A DNA stretch of 64,000 nucleotides from positions 1,011 to 65,010 of the forward strand of contig NZ_JBHIWJ010000008.1 in the NCBI RefSeq assembly GCF_041987595.1. The letters run 5' to 3'. Positions 8,137 through 16,879 of this stretch are shown piece after piece (within the stretch, counting starts at the first letter, position 1; each line of letters begins with the position of its first letter). Source of the stretch: Sphingobium sp. Lineage in GTDB: Bacteria; Pseudomonadota; Alphaproteobacteria; Sphingomonadales; Sphingomonadaceae. The notes under the pieces are model-generated. The model did not search any database. It was not told the origin of the DNA and saw only the letters and a list, made by a program, of their open reading frames with translations. Made by a program: the position numbers and the translations under genes.

Positions 8137-8371
8137 TGTAGATTTCCCTGACATTGCCCTGCCGGGCATATTCCGCCGCCTGTGCGCGCTCGGTCGAGGC
8201 GTCCAGCTGGGCCTGTAGCTTCTTGGCGGCGGCCTCCCGCGCATCGTCGGCGCGTTTCTGCGCCGCCTGTTCCTGCGCGCTGCCGACGCTGGTGCCGTAG
8301 AAGAAGCCGCCGATTCCTGCCGTGCAGGCGGCCAGCGCGGCGGCCATGGCGAGGTGCGATTTCCCGATCAT
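7976..8371 (-). CDS. i-spanin (Rz/LysB-like)
   Basis: 131 aa. N-terminal TM (LAMAAALAACTAGIGGFFY), an Ala/Gln-rich coiled coil and C-terminal CVDADGVGLLDRAA. ATGA overlap with the endolysin stop. Confidence 0.7.
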   Translation of the reverse strand: MIGKSHLAMAAALAACTAGIGGFFYGTSVGSAQEQAAQKRADDAREAAAKKLQAQLDASTERAQAAEYARQGNVREIYNETQKVIEKPVYRNLCVDADGVGLLDRAAATANSEDLWGIAGDTRPIAESPAD

Positions 8372-8820
8372 GCCAGTAGCCCCTTGAAATAGGCCCGGCG
8401 CGAATAGGTCAGGACGTCCTTGCGCAGCCGGCCATCCCGATAGCTGACATGGACCCAGCCGCTGTTGGGCTGGCCCCGCGTGTAATTTTCGAGGATCAGT
8501 TGATCAAAAGGCAGGTGGTCGCGGATGAAGGTCGCCACGGTCACATTGTCGATGCCGACAATTTCCAAATCACCGGCTTCGCCCTTCGGATGCTGGCTGC
8601 TGTCGGTCGACCCAACGGCGCGGTTCAGGCGCGACGAGCGGAACCCCGAATTGATCCGGACGGGCCGCCCGAAATGGGCGCGCAGCGGCTCCAGCACCTT
8701 GACGCATAGCAGGCGCATGGCGGCGATCTGGGCAGCGTTGGGCGTGTTGTCGATCCGCTGCGCGACGGCGGTCGCCGATGCGGTGAATTCGGCCAGGCTA
8801 AAATTGGGCGACAGCTGCAT
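8368..8820 (-). CDS. Endolysin, peptidase M15 (D-Ala-D-Ala carboxypeptidase-like) family
   Basis: 150 aa. SPNFSLAEF..., INSGFRS...N..VG....SQH..GEAGD is typical of Peptidase_M15_3. Lies between the holin and the spanins. Confidence 0.8.
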   Translation of the reverse strand: MQLSPNFSLAEFTASATAVAQRIDNTPNAAQIAAMRLLCVKVLEPLRAHFGRPVRINSGFRSSRLNRAVGSTDSSQHPKGEAGDLEIVGIDNVTVATFIRDHLPFDQLILENYTRGQPNSGWVHVSYRDGRLRKDVLTYSRRAYFKGLLA

Positions 8821-8822
8821 GG

Positions 8823-9155
8823 TCAGTCCTTTTTGGGCAGGAAGCGGTCAGCGAGGCGGCCCGGCACGCTGGTCAGCGTGTCGATCGCGGCCTTGGCGAT
8901 GCGGGGGGTGGCGTCGAAGGCCAGCAGCGCGACGGCGAACGCGATCGACTGCGCGGCAAAGTGGTTCCATCCCGTCACGGCGATGATGGCGATGGTCGCG
9001 TAATAGCTGACCGTCGATCCAACCACCCACTGGAGGAAGCGCTGGCGGAAAGGCAGGGCGGGCTTCCACGCCTGCGCGACGGCGGAACCGATCAGCGACG
9101 GGGTTAGCGAGCCGATCAATTCGGCGGCGGATTCCAGAAGGTGGCGCAGGTCCAT
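8823..9155 (-). CDS. Putative holin
   Basis: 110 aa, three predicted hydrophobic helices plus a charged C-terminus (RFLPKKD). Sits in the position of P2 gpY, directly upstream of the endolysin. Confidence 0.55.
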   Translation of the reverse strand: MDLRHLLESAAELIGSLTPSLIGSAVAQAWKPALPFRQRFLQWVVGSTVSYYATIAIIAVTGWNHFAAQSIAFAVALLAFDATPRIAKAAIDTLTSVPGRLADRFLPKKD

Positions 9156-9158
9156 GGA

Positions 9159-9383
9159 TCAATCCCAAAGCTGAATGAGGGGGCGCACGCGGGTTGCGCT
9201 TGCGTCGGCGGTTGCGGGCACGATGACGATGGTGCCGAGCGGAAGAATGGGGCCAAGATCGGCCAGCCCCGGATTGGCGTCGCAGACGCGGGAAATCTCG
9301 CTTGGACCAAGCCCGGCATCGCGCCACAGCAGCAGATCCAGCTTGTCCCCTGATCGGGCGACAAGGCGCTGCTCGGATGCCAT
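9159..9383 (-). CDS. Tail protein X (P2 gpX-like, LysM-like)
   Basis: 74 aa. ...GDKLDLLLWR.........I..ANPGLADLGPILPLGTIVIVP matches the gpX family pattern. Lies after gpL. Confidence 0.75.
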   Translation of the reverse strand: MASEQRLVARSGDKLDLLLWRDAGLGPSEISRVCDANPGLADLGPILPLGTIVIVPATADASATRVRPLIQLWD

Positions 9384-9865
9384 CAGATGAGGTCCACCAC
9401 GGTTCGGGTCTGCCCCAGAATGTCGCGCACCGCGTGCATGGCATCGCGGCGCAGGCTGCCGATCGCCGTGGCCGCGTCATTGCCTTCCGCGCCTCCCGCT
9501 GCGGTCGTATCGAAGTCAGGATGCCGCTCGATCAGTTCGGCCTTGGCGTAGAGCGCGACGGCGCGGTGATAGCGGAACAGCTGCACGCTCTCGCCGTCCA
9601 GCTGGGGCGCGGGGACGGCGGCAAGGGAGGCGTGCCCGGCTGCGATGGAAGCCGCGGCGAATTGCTGCAGGTCGATTCCTGCTGTCATGATCGCGCCAAT
9701 AATGGCGGCGCGCAGCCGCGCGGGCGTGATGCTGGTCGGGATTCTCGCGGCATCACGCACCGCTGCCGGGGCGATGTCTGGGAAGAAACCGTCGTTGAGG
9801 ACAGGCACTTCCCCTTCGGGCGGCTGATAGATCACAGACGCGGACGGGCGGGCGACGAAGGTCAT
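9383..9865 (-). CDS. Head completion/stabilisation protein (P2 gpL-like)
   Basis: Start moved to the internal Met (MTFVARPS...), giving 160 aa. GFFPDI......R.......I...RL...I..A resembles the gpL pattern. Position is between M and X. Confidence 0.7.
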   Translation of the reverse strand: MTFVARPSASVIYQPPEGEVPVLNDGFFPDIAPAAVRDAARIPTSITPARLRAAIIGAIMTAGIDLQQFAAASIAAGHASLAAVPAPQLDGESVQLFRYHRAVALYAKAELIERHPDFDTTAAGGAEGNDAATAIGSLRRDAMHAVRDILGQTRTVVDLI

Positions 9866-10134
9866 GGGAACAGGAAAAGGATCTGCGCGAGCTTGTTCAT
9901 GATCAGCACGATCAGCAGCAGCAGGGCGAGCGCCTTTGCCCAAAGGAGGAGGCTGACCCATCGCACCCAAGGCCATGTCCAGAATTTGACCGCCGCTACC
10001 GATGGGCCGCGAGCCTCGTCAAACATGATGGCCCCGCCGATCGCGGCAGCTACGCCTATGGGCGTCAGCACAAGGATGAGGCCCGCCATCAGCAGCGTCT
10101 TGAAAATAAGCCAGATTACGATTGCGATGCTCAT
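9862..10134 (-). CDS. Small integral membrane protein inserted between gpM and gpL (cargo)
   Basis: 90 aa with 2-3 hydrophobic helices. GGAGGA 4 nt upstream of the ATG. Stop overlaps the gpL start (ATGA). No P2 counterpart at this position. Confidence 0.6.
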   Translation of the reverse strand: MSIAIVIWLIFKTLLMAGLILVLTPIGVAAAIGGAIMFDEARGPSVAAVKFWTWPWVRWVSLLLWAKALALLLLIVLIMNKLAQILFLFP

Positions 10135-10254
10135 GATGTCCTCCGATTTCGGCCCACCGGCTTACAGGGGTGAGGATCGGGGCAGAGTGCGGCCCTGCGG
10201 CCCGAAAGCCTCCCGCATCGCGCGATCCGCCCCTGAGCGCCGGGGGCGAGCCTG

Positions 10255-11055
10255 TCAGGCGGCAGCGCCGCCCTGTTCGTTGTTCGATGGAGCCGCCGTT
10301 TTGGCCGCCGCTACGGCGGCCAGCAGCTTTTCAGCCCGCTTAATGCGATCCTTGACGCCGATGCGGTCATTCAGGCGCTGGGCCTCGCGCAATGTCGCGA
10401 TGGTCGCGTTCAAAGCCTCATCGGAATCTTCGACTACCAGCCCTTCGCATATGGTCAGCTGCTCGATGCCGATGGCCTTAAGCAGCTTGGCGCGGACTTC
10501 GTCATGGATGTCCAAAGCGGCGGTCAGACGAGAAGCGCGGACGAGAATTTCGAGAGGGAAGGAAGCGCCAGCGCCTTGCGCCTTAAGAGCGCCGGTGGCG
10601 ATCTCTTCCACGATGATCGTCGCCGCGTCACGCTGATAGCGCGAGGGCATGGCGACCTTGTGCTTGAGGATGAAGGGCGCGAGATCGAGGGCATCGGCAT
10701 ATGCGCCAGTGTCGATCAGCCAGACCATGACGGTGGGCACGACTTCGGCGGCGAGGCCGGTTCCGACGCCCGCATCGGCGGCGAGGATTCCAGCGACCCA
10801 ATCGCGATATTCGGGCAGCATTTCGCGCTTTGCCGCGATCTTGAGGTCGATCGAGCGGATTTCCTTGAGGCGTCGCAGATCGTGCGTCAGACGCAGGCCG
10901 ATCTGCGCGGCGGCGCGGGCTTCCGGGGAAGAGTTGGCCGCCCCCGCTGCCGGGAGAGTTGCGACAGCGGGGGAGGCGTCCGCTCCACCTTCGGGAGCAG
11001 ACGCGACGGTTTTGGCAGCAAGGATCCTGTCCCTGTGGCGGCGAGCGAGGCTCAT
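10255..11055 (-). CDS. Terminase small (endonuclease) subunit, P2 gpM-like
   Basis: 266 aa. KREMLPEY, MVWLIDTG and DEVRAKLLK parallel P2 gpM (KRELLPFW, MLWRLDTG, DEVRAKLHK, from memory). Confidence 0.8.
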   Translation of the reverse strand: MSLARRHRDRILAAKTVASAPEGGADASPAVATLPAAGAANSSPEARAAAQIGLRLTHDLRRLKEIRSIDLKIAAKREMLPEYRDWVAGILAADAGVGTGLAAEVVPTVMVWLIDTGAYADALDLAPFILKHKVAMPSRYQRDAATIIVEEIATGALKAQGAGASFPLEILVRASRLTAALDIHDEVRAKLLKAIGIEQLTICEGLVVEDSDEALNATIATLREAQRLNDRIGVKDRIKRAEKLLAAVAAAKTAAPSNNEQGGAAA

Positions 11056-11094
11056 GTGCGTGTCCTGTCAGATGGAGGGGATTGCGGGGTCAGA

Positions 11095-12183
11095 TCAGGC
11101 GGGCTTCTTGCCCATCACGACGTTTTCCACGAGCGCGGTGCGCCCATAGTCTTCCACGACGTAATCCTCATTGACCGATTCATAATTCTCGATCTGATCG
11201 AGGGCCGGTTCGTCCCTGATCTGGCGACGGCGGGTCTCTTCCTGCCAATAGATCGACAGGTTATCGAGACTAGTGATCAGCATCGCGTCTTCCGGGAAGA
11301 AGGGCACGATGATCGCGCGCTTGCCCGCCAGCTGCATGGGCAGCGTCAGGATGCGGCTCGCGGCCTCGCGTTCGGTCGCGGTGTCACCGGCGGCTTGCAG
11401 CAGGTTCAGATACTTGTCCTTGACCAGCTTCCAGCCCACGATGACCACCAGATCGGTGTCCGAGCGATGCCAGGGGTCGAGCAGATCCAGCGCATCAAAC
11501 GCCAGCGCGTCGAGATTGGCGAAATCTGCGTCGGCGGTGGCGACGTTGGTGGCGTCGGCGTCCACGATTTCGACACCTTCGCCAGCAGCGACGTAGATCG
11601 CCTTGGTGCCACCGGACGTCAGCGCACCGTCGTCCAGCACGCGCTCTTCGGCATGGGTGCGGACCTTGTGCAACCAGCCTTCATTGACGTCCTGCAATAG
11701 CGGATTGGCGGTGCGGTCCGTGGTGGCCGCCGCCGATGTGCCGTTGAAACCGATCATGATGCGGTCGCGGCCCTGCTGTTTCAGGATCACGTCGCGCAGC
11801 AGCGTCTGAAAGTTCGGCTTATGCCGCCATGCGTCCAGCTTCGTGTATTTGATGGCGTGGTCGTAATTGGTCTGGCGGCAGAAATAGCCGCCGTCGTCCG
11901 TGGTGTCGGTCGGATCGGTGGGCGTGCGGCGCGTGCCGCCTGCGGTGTTGGTGCGTCCAGCGAGCGGGCGCGTCACGGTGACGCCGACCTTATCGCCCGA
12001 CTGCTCCGGTACGCCGACAATGTTGATCTGCTGGAGGAAGTCGCTCGATTCCTGAATTTTCTCTTCCAGCGTCTGTTCGACCGCCGGAGCGACGCTGAAC
12101 TTGACGGAAGCACTCGCGACGCCGTTCAGCAACGCGATCTGTCTGACATAGGCGGTGAAAAGCAGGCGGGTCGAATTACGCAT
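11095..12183 (-). CDS. Major capsid protein, P2 gpN family
   Basis: 362 aa. The N-terminus MRNSTRLLFTAYVRQIALLNGV...VKFSVAPAVEQTLEEKIQESSDFLQQINIVGV is typical of gpN. Confidence 0.9.
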   Translation of the reverse strand: MRNSTRLLFTAYVRQIALLNGVASASVKFSVAPAVEQTLEEKIQESSDFLQQINIVGVPEQSGDKVGVTVTRPLAGRTNTAGGTRRTPTDPTDTTDDGGYFCRQTNYDHAIKYTKLDAWRHKPNFQTLLRDVILKQQGRDRIMIGFNGTSAAATTDRTANPLLQDVNEGWLHKVRTHAEERVLDDGALTSGGTKAIYVAAGEGVEIVDADATNVATADADFANLDALAFDALDLLDPWHRSDTDLVVIVGWKLVKDKYLNLLQAAGDTATEREAASRILTLPMQLAGKRAIIVPFFPEDAMLITSLDNLSIYWQEETRRRQIRDEPALDQIENYESVNEDYVVEDYGRTALVENVVMGKKPA

Positions 12184-12243
12184 GTGCGTTGGCTCCTAGT
12201 GGGGCATTTGGGCGGGGCGGTCTGGGTCGGGCGAGGCGCGGGA

Positions 12244-13047
12244 TCAGCAATCGGTCTGGATGGTGCCGTTGCCGCCGGTGGCGGGCGTGCGCTTGAAGGT
12301 CTGCTGCTGCTCCGTAGATTCCAACTTGGTCTTGAGCGCGGTCAGTTCGGACTGGAGGGCGGTGACGGCGTCGCCAACCGGCTTCACGGCGGCGGCGATC
12401 TGCTGACCCATGACCTTGCCGAAAGCCTCGACGTCGAAGCTATTGTCGTTCGCAGGCTTGGGCGCGGGCGGCGTGACAGCATCGTCCTTCTTCTCCTTTT
12501 TGAAGAAGGCGAGGATCGAGCGCCCGATGCTCTCCCCGATGGCTTCGCCGTCGATCGGCCCGGCCAAGATCTCGATTTCCGTCTCATGGGCGGACGAAAA
12601 GACGTTCGAGCGGGATTTGACGGCGAATTTCAGGGCTTCGGTGCCCAGCGAGGCGGGCTGATCGGTTACGGCAAGGCCGACCAGATAGGCTTTGCCCTCA
12701 CCGGCGAAGTTCGGGTGGATTTCGCAGCTGGTGAACAGCTTCTGCCCGGCCTTGTTGATCTCGACCAGCTGATCGTTGGCGTCGATCTCGGCATAGAGCG
12801 CCAGCAGCGTCTTCTTTTCGCCGTTGATGGTCAGTTCGACCTCTTCGGCCTTGAGCGACAGGACGGAGCCATAGGCGTTGAAGGGGCGATCCGGGCTGTA
12901 ACCGGCGATATGTTCGCAATTGATCCGCGCCGTGTAGGTGGCGGGGTCATAGCTGGCCGCCATCTGCTCGATCCATGCGCGCTCGATGACGCGGCCATCG
13001 ACGGTCGCACCTTCGACTGCGACGCGGAAAAACTTGGTCTTTGCCAT
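12244..13047 (-). CDS. Capsid scaffolding protein, P2 gpO family
   Basis: 267 aa. MAKTKFFRVAVEGATVDGRVIERAWIEQMAASYDPATYTARINCEH... is typical of gpO. Confidence 0.9.
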   Translation of the reverse strand: MAKTKFFRVAVEGATVDGRVIERAWIEQMAASYDPATYTARINCEHIAGYSPDRPFNAYGSVLSLKAEEVELTINGEKKTLLALYAEIDANDQLVEINKAGQKLFTSCEIHPNFAGEGKAYLVGLAVTDQPASLGTEALKFAVKSRSNVFSSAHETEIEILAGPIDGEAIGESIGRSILAFFKKEKKDDAVTPPAPKPANDNSFDVEAFGKVMGQQIAAAVKPVGDAVTALQSELTALKTKLESTEQQQTFKRTPATGGNGTIQTDC

Positions 13048-13134
13048 GATCGGTCCGGTTCCCTTGGTTGCTTGACGGCGAGGCCGTGGCCTGAATGACG
13101 GCAGAAAGGGGCTGTCGGGCGGGCAGGCTCAAGT

Positions 13135-13164
13135 CCCTGCATTTGGACAGGCGGCTATCCAAAT
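13135..13164. promoter_or_regulatory. 30-bp conserved dyad element, copy 2, in the divergent O / P promoter region
   Basis: CCCTGCATTTGGACAGGCGGCTATCCAAAT, 29/30 identical to 5583-5612. Lies between the gpO start (13047, -) and the terminase start (13211, +), where P2 has its PO/PP late promoters. GGGCAGGCT lies just left of both copies. Confidence 0.5.
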
Positions 13165-13210
13165 AGACGCCAATGATCAGCGGCTTGGGCGCGGGGCATG
13201 GTCCGCCCCG

Positions 13211-15067
13211 ATGACCACGCACGTCCTTCAACAGACCGGCCCGCTATCCGCCTATCTGCGGTTCGATCCTGAGCGCCACGCGCGCAGCCTCTACTGGCGC
13301 GGGTGGGGCATTACCCAGATCACCGAAGAATTCGCGCTGCATGGCGTCGTGGACGACAAGGGAAAGCCGTTCGGGCGGCCCACGATCGCATCATGGAAAC
13401 AGCGCCAACGCTGGGATGATGCGCCGTCGATCAAGAAGATCGAGGATGGGCTGGAAATCCGGCTGCTGACCCTGATCGCCAAGGAAAAGAAAACCAGCGC
13501 CGATCTGGTCGAGATGGATGCGCTCAACCGCTCCATCGAAAGTCTGGCCAAGGTCCGCCGCTATGAAGCCCCCGGCGGCCACGCGGGCGACCTGAACGAC
13601 AAGGTAGCGAACCGGAACAGTGGCGAGCGCAAGAAGCCTCAGAAAAACCACTTCACCGAAGAAAAAGCGGAAGAACTCAAGCGCATCTTCCTCGCCGGAT
13701 GCTTCGATTATCAGTTGCGGTGGTGGAAGGAAAAGGATCAGCGCACGCGCATGATCCTCAAGTCGCGCCAGATCGGCGCGACCTATTATTTCGCCTTCGA
13801 AGCGTTGATGGACGCGATCGAGACGGGCCGTAACCAGATCTTCCTGTCGGCATCAAAAGCCCAGGCACATCAGTTCCGGTCCTATATCGTCAGCTTCGCC
13901 AAGCTGGTCGGCGTGGCGCTGGCGGGCGATCCCATGGTCATCACGTCCGACCTGCTCGCCCCGGAGGATGCGGGCGCGGAACTACACTTTCTGGGCACCA
14001 ATTTCCGCACTGCACAGGGCCGCAGCGGCAATTTCTATTTTGACGAATTCTTCTGGGTCCATTCGTTCGAGGAATTGAACAAGGTCGCGTCGGGCATGGC
14101 GACGCACAAGAAATGGCGGAAAACCTACTTTTCTACGCCATCGACCATCGCGCACCCGGCGCATCCCTATTGGACCGGCGAGCGCCGAAACCGCCGCCGC
14201 AAGAAGGCCGATCGGGTGGAAATCGACGTCAGCCATGATGCGCTGGCGACGGGCAGCGTCGGGCCGGATCGGGTCTGGCGCAACATCGTCACGATCCGCG
14301 ACGCGGAGGCGGGCGGATGCGACCTGTTCGATATTGAAGAACTGGAGGACGAATATGCGCCCGACGAATTTGCCAACCTCTATATGTGCAAGTTCGTGGA
14401 CGACAGCCTGTCGGCCTTCAAATTCAACGACCTGATCACCTGCGGCTGCGACAGCCTGATCGAATGGGAAGATTTCAACCCGGAGGCGGCCCGGCCCTAT
14501 GGCAATCGCTCGGTCTGGGCGGGCTATGATCCGCAGGAAAGCGAGAATGGCGATAATGCGGCGCTGGTCATCGCCGCGCCACCGTTGGTCGAGGGCGGCA
14601 AGTTCAGGATCCTTGAGCGCCATCAGCTGCGCGGCCTCGACTTCGAACAGCAGGCGGAATTCATCAAGGCGGTCCTGAGCCGCTATACCTGCTCCTATCT
14701 TGGCATCGACGCCAAGGGCGTGGGGGCGGGCGTCTATCAGCTGCTCGCCAAGCCGGGAGCCATGCCCGGCTGCTCGGTCGCCAAGATCGAATATTCGCTC
14801 GAACTCAAGACGCAGATGGTCATGAAGGCGCAGAATGTCATCCGCCGGGGCCGCCTCGCATTCGATAGCGGCCTGCTCGACATCGTGTCAGCCTTCGTTT
14901 CGATCAAGAAGACGCTGACCACCAGCGGGCGCAACGTCACCTTCAAGGCAGGGCGCGGCGGTGATGACGGCCACGCCGATCTGGCTTGGGCCACCATGCA
15001 CATCCTCATGAATGAACCGCTCGACGGCAAGGAAGCGCCAAAGGGCACGATGGAGATTATCGAATGA
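13211..15067 (+). CDS. Terminase large (ATPase) subunit, P2 gpP-like
   Basis: 618 aa. SRQIGATYYFA (Walker-A-like region), NFYFDEFFW, C-terminal nuclease-type region. 4-nt overlap with the portal gene. Confidence 0.9.
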   Translation: MTTHVLQQTGPLSAYLRFDPERHARSLYWRGWGITQITEEFALHGVVDDKGKPFGRPTIASWKQRQRWDDAPSIKKIEDGLEIRLLTLIAKEKKTSADLVEMDALNRSIESLAKVRRYEAPGGHAGDLNDKVANRNSGERKKPQKNHFTEEKAEELKRIFLAGCFDYQLRWWKEKDQRTRMILKSRQIGATYYFAFEALMDAIETGRNQIFLSASKAQAHQFRSYIVSFAKLVGVALAGDPMVITSDLLAPEDAGAELHFLGTNFRTAQGRSGNFYFDEFFWVHSFEELNKVASGMATHKKWRKTYFSTPSTIAHPAHPYWTGERRNRRRKKADRVEIDVSHDALATGSVGPDRVWRNIVTIRDAEAGGCDLFDIEELEDEYAPDEFANLYMCKFVDDSLSAFKFNDLITCGCDSLIEWEDFNPEAARPYGNRSVWAGYDPQESENGDNAALVIAAPPLVEGGKFRILERHQLRGLDFEQQAEFIKAVLSRYTCSYLGIDAKGVGAGVYQLLAKPGAMPGCSVAKIEYSLELKTQMVMKAQNVIRRGRLAFDSGLLDIVSAFVSIKKTLTTSGRNVTFKAGRGGDDGHADLAWATMHILMNEPLDGKEAPKGTMEIIE

Positions 15068-16113
15068 GCAAGCGCGCACGCCGTATGAACCGCCGGGAAT
15101 CGGCCGCAGCAGCTGACGGCGCGATCGTCGCGAGCAACGATAATCGCCGGGGCGTGGTCGAGGCGTTCACCTTCGGGGATCCTGAGCCGGTGCTGAGCCG
15201 GGCCACCATGCTCGACATGCTGGAATGTTGGGACAATGGCCGCTGGTATGAGCCGCCGATCGCGCTGGACGGCCTCGCCCGCGCGTTTCGCGCGTCGCCG
15301 CACCATAGCAGCGCCATCATGCTCAAGCGGAACCTGCTGGCGGCCAGCCTCGATCCCACGCCGTTTCTGTCGCGCAAAGCGTTCGCCGGTATGGTGCAGG
15401 ACTATCTGGTGATGGGGAACGCCTATGCGCAGGAGATCCGCAACCAGCTGGGCGGCGTGATGCGGCTTGAGCATCCCCTTGCGAAATATACGCGGCGTGG
15501 TGTCGAGCCGGGGCGCTTCTGGTGGGTGCCAGGGTATCGCAATGAGCGCGAGTTCGAGCCGGGGACAGTGCATCAGATTCTCGCGCCTGACATCAATCAG
15601 GAAATCTACGGCCTGCCTGAATATCTGTCGGCGCTCCAGTCCGCCCTGCTCAATGAGAACGCCACGCTGTTCCGCCGCCGCTATTTCGAGAACGGGAGCC
15701 ATGCGGGCTACATCCTTTATGCCACGGGCGAGTTCGCCAATGGCGACATCGACGCGATGCGCGAGGCGCTGAAACGCGCGAAGGGGCCGGGCAACTTCCG
15801 CAATATGTTCGTGCATTCGCCGAACGGGAAGGACGGCGGCATCAAGATCATCCCGATCGCGGAGGTCGGGGCCAAGGATGAGTTTCTGGGGATCAAGAAC
15901 ACGACGCGGGACGATGTGCTGGCCGCGCACCGCGTGCCGCCCCAGCTGCTCGGCATCATCCCGGCGAATGCGGGCGGCTTTGGCGATCCGGCCAAGGCGC
16001 TCGACAGCTTCTTCGAACTGGAGATCGAGCCGTTGCAGTCGGTGTTCCTCGACCTCAACGACCAGCTGGGCTTTGAGGCGCTCCGGTTCCTCAAGCGGGT
16101 GAAGGCGGTCTAG
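15064..16113 (+). CDS. Portal protein, P2 gpQ / PBSX family
   Basis: 349 aa. ...YGLPEYLSALQSALLNENATLFRRRYFENGSHAGYILY... and ...RDDVLAAHRVPPQLLGI... are typical of gpQ portals. Confidence 0.9.
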   Translation: MSKRARRMNRRESAAAADGAIVASNDNRRGVVEAFTFGDPEPVLSRATMLDMLECWDNGRWYEPPIALDGLARAFRASPHHSSAIMLKRNLLAASLDPTPFLSRKAFAGMVQDYLVMGNAYAQEIRNQLGGVMRLEHPLAKYTRRGVEPGRFWWVPGYRNEREFEPGTVHQILAPDINQEIYGLPEYLSALQSALLNENATLFRRRYFENGSHAGYILYATGEFANGDIDAMREALKRAKGPGNFRNMFVHSPNGKDGGIKIIPIAEVGAKDEFLGIKNTTRDDVLAAHRVPPQLLGIIPANAGGFGDPAKALDSFFELEIEPLQSVFLDLNDQLGFEALRFLKRVKAV

Positions 16114-16146
16114 TCGTCGCATCCCTCATGATCGGCGATCATGGAA

Positions 16147-16173
16147 GGCGGCCCGGTTTCGGGCCGCCTTTTT
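16147..16173 (+). terminator. Rho-independent terminator after the portal gene
   Basis: GGCGGCCCG-gttt-CGGGCCGCC followed by TTTTT. Confidence 0.75.
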
Positions 16174-16183
16174 CCTGCCTGTC

Positions 16184-16483
16184 CTAATCAATCACTATGT
16201 CAGGCGATGGAATGGAGGCGCGAAGATCAGCCGCGCTCACGCTCCATGCTCGCGCCAATGCTTCCAGTTCGGCGCCTGAAACACGATCGCCATATTCGAT
16301 GGCGGCGAAGCGCTGAGAAGGTATGCCCGTGAGCCGGGACAGCTTTACATAAGGGATGCATTTTTGCCGTTGCCAAGCGCCGAACCAGTTGCTGCCGGTG
16401 CGGATCGCATGGGCGACCGGATGATCCGATGAAAAGGTGTCGAGGATTTTAGGGATTGGTTGCTCACCCTTCCGTCGGCTCAT
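16184..16483 (-). CDS. XRE-family helix-turn-helix protein
   Basis: 99 aa. ...VKLSRLTGIPSQRFAAIEYGDRVSGAELEALARAWSVS... is an XRE/Cro-type HTH pattern. 4-nt overlap with the upstream 101-aa gene. Confidence 0.65.
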   Translation of the reverse strand: MSRRKGEQPIPKILDTFSSDHPVAHAIRTGSNWFGAWQRQKCIPYVKLSRLTGIPSQRFAAIEYGDRVSGAELEALARAWSVSAADLRASIPSPDIVID

Positions 16484-16785
16484 TCCACCAAGCCTCTCGC
16501 GTCGGCTGCAAAGAATGCCAGCGTTTCTTCGACCTCCTCGATCATTTCGACCCGCGATGCGACTGTAAGGTCATACTTGAGCGCATATTGGATCGCCGCA
16601 TCGATCGCGTGGACAGGGGACGCATAGCCGGGATCAAGGCGCCTGTAAGTGAATGTCGGATGGGGTTCATCCTTGCGTACCGCGATGAACCAAAGGTCAT
16701 CGCCAAATTCCAGTGCCACATCGGGCGCGGAAACAGGGGCCGGGGCAATAGCGGGTTCAGGGGAAAGATCGGGTTCTGGTTGCAT
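16480..16785 (-). CDS. Hypothetical protein, first gene of the LexA-box-associated two-gene operon
   Basis: 101 aa from MQPEPDL... with a strong AAGGAGA RBS 6 nt upstream. The longer 158-aa ORF version was rejected. No motif recognised. Confidence 0.6.
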   Translation of the reverse strand: MQPEPDLSPEPAIAPAPVSAPDVALEFGDDLWFIAVRKDEPHPTFTYRRLDPGYASPVHAIDAAIQYALKYDLTVASRVEMIEEVEETLAFFAADARGLVE

Positions 16786-16816
16786 CTTTCGTCTCCTTGC
16801 GAGTCGCATCGTTATA

Positions 16817-16831
16817 GAACAAAATGAGAAC
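16817..16831. promoter_or_regulatory. Alphaproteobacterial LexA (SOS) box, GAAC-N7-GAAC
   Basis: GAACaaaatgaGAAC sits in the 94-bp divergent gap between the 101-aa/XRE operon (ATG 16785, -) and the SRAP gene (ATG 16880, +). Confidence 0.65.
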
Positions 16832-16879
16832 AAAAGGGAGTCGATTGACTCTCGGCAAGGCGCATTACAGGCTATGACC

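Larger units (their letters stand above)
632..16180. mobile_element. P2-like prophage late-gene block (Q P / O N M L X lysis R S ... J I H), apparently incomplete
   Basis: Gene order and protein similarity to P2 gpQ, P, O, N, M, L, X, R, S, J, I, H. gpV and gpW are absent. No sheath/tube, integrase or replication genes in the window. Boundaries are approximate and the left end may extend beyond the window. Confidence 0.85.

Noticed and set aside
14737-16122. 461-aa ORF on the minus strand opposite the terminase and portal genes. Similar long antisense ORFs lie at 32350-34458, 47209-49209, 56512-58278, 22587-23990, 26351-27859, 20195-21034, 50288-51841 and 44293-46287 (N-terminal part).
   Set aside because: These are typical high-GC shadow ORFs. 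The translations are Arg/Gly/Ala/Pro-rich and low-complexity, with no motifs. The opposite strand or another frame encodes clearly recognisable proteins (terminase/portal, RecQ, PurA, ABC exporter, AmtB, CrtI, TldD, SerA, DAACS symporter).
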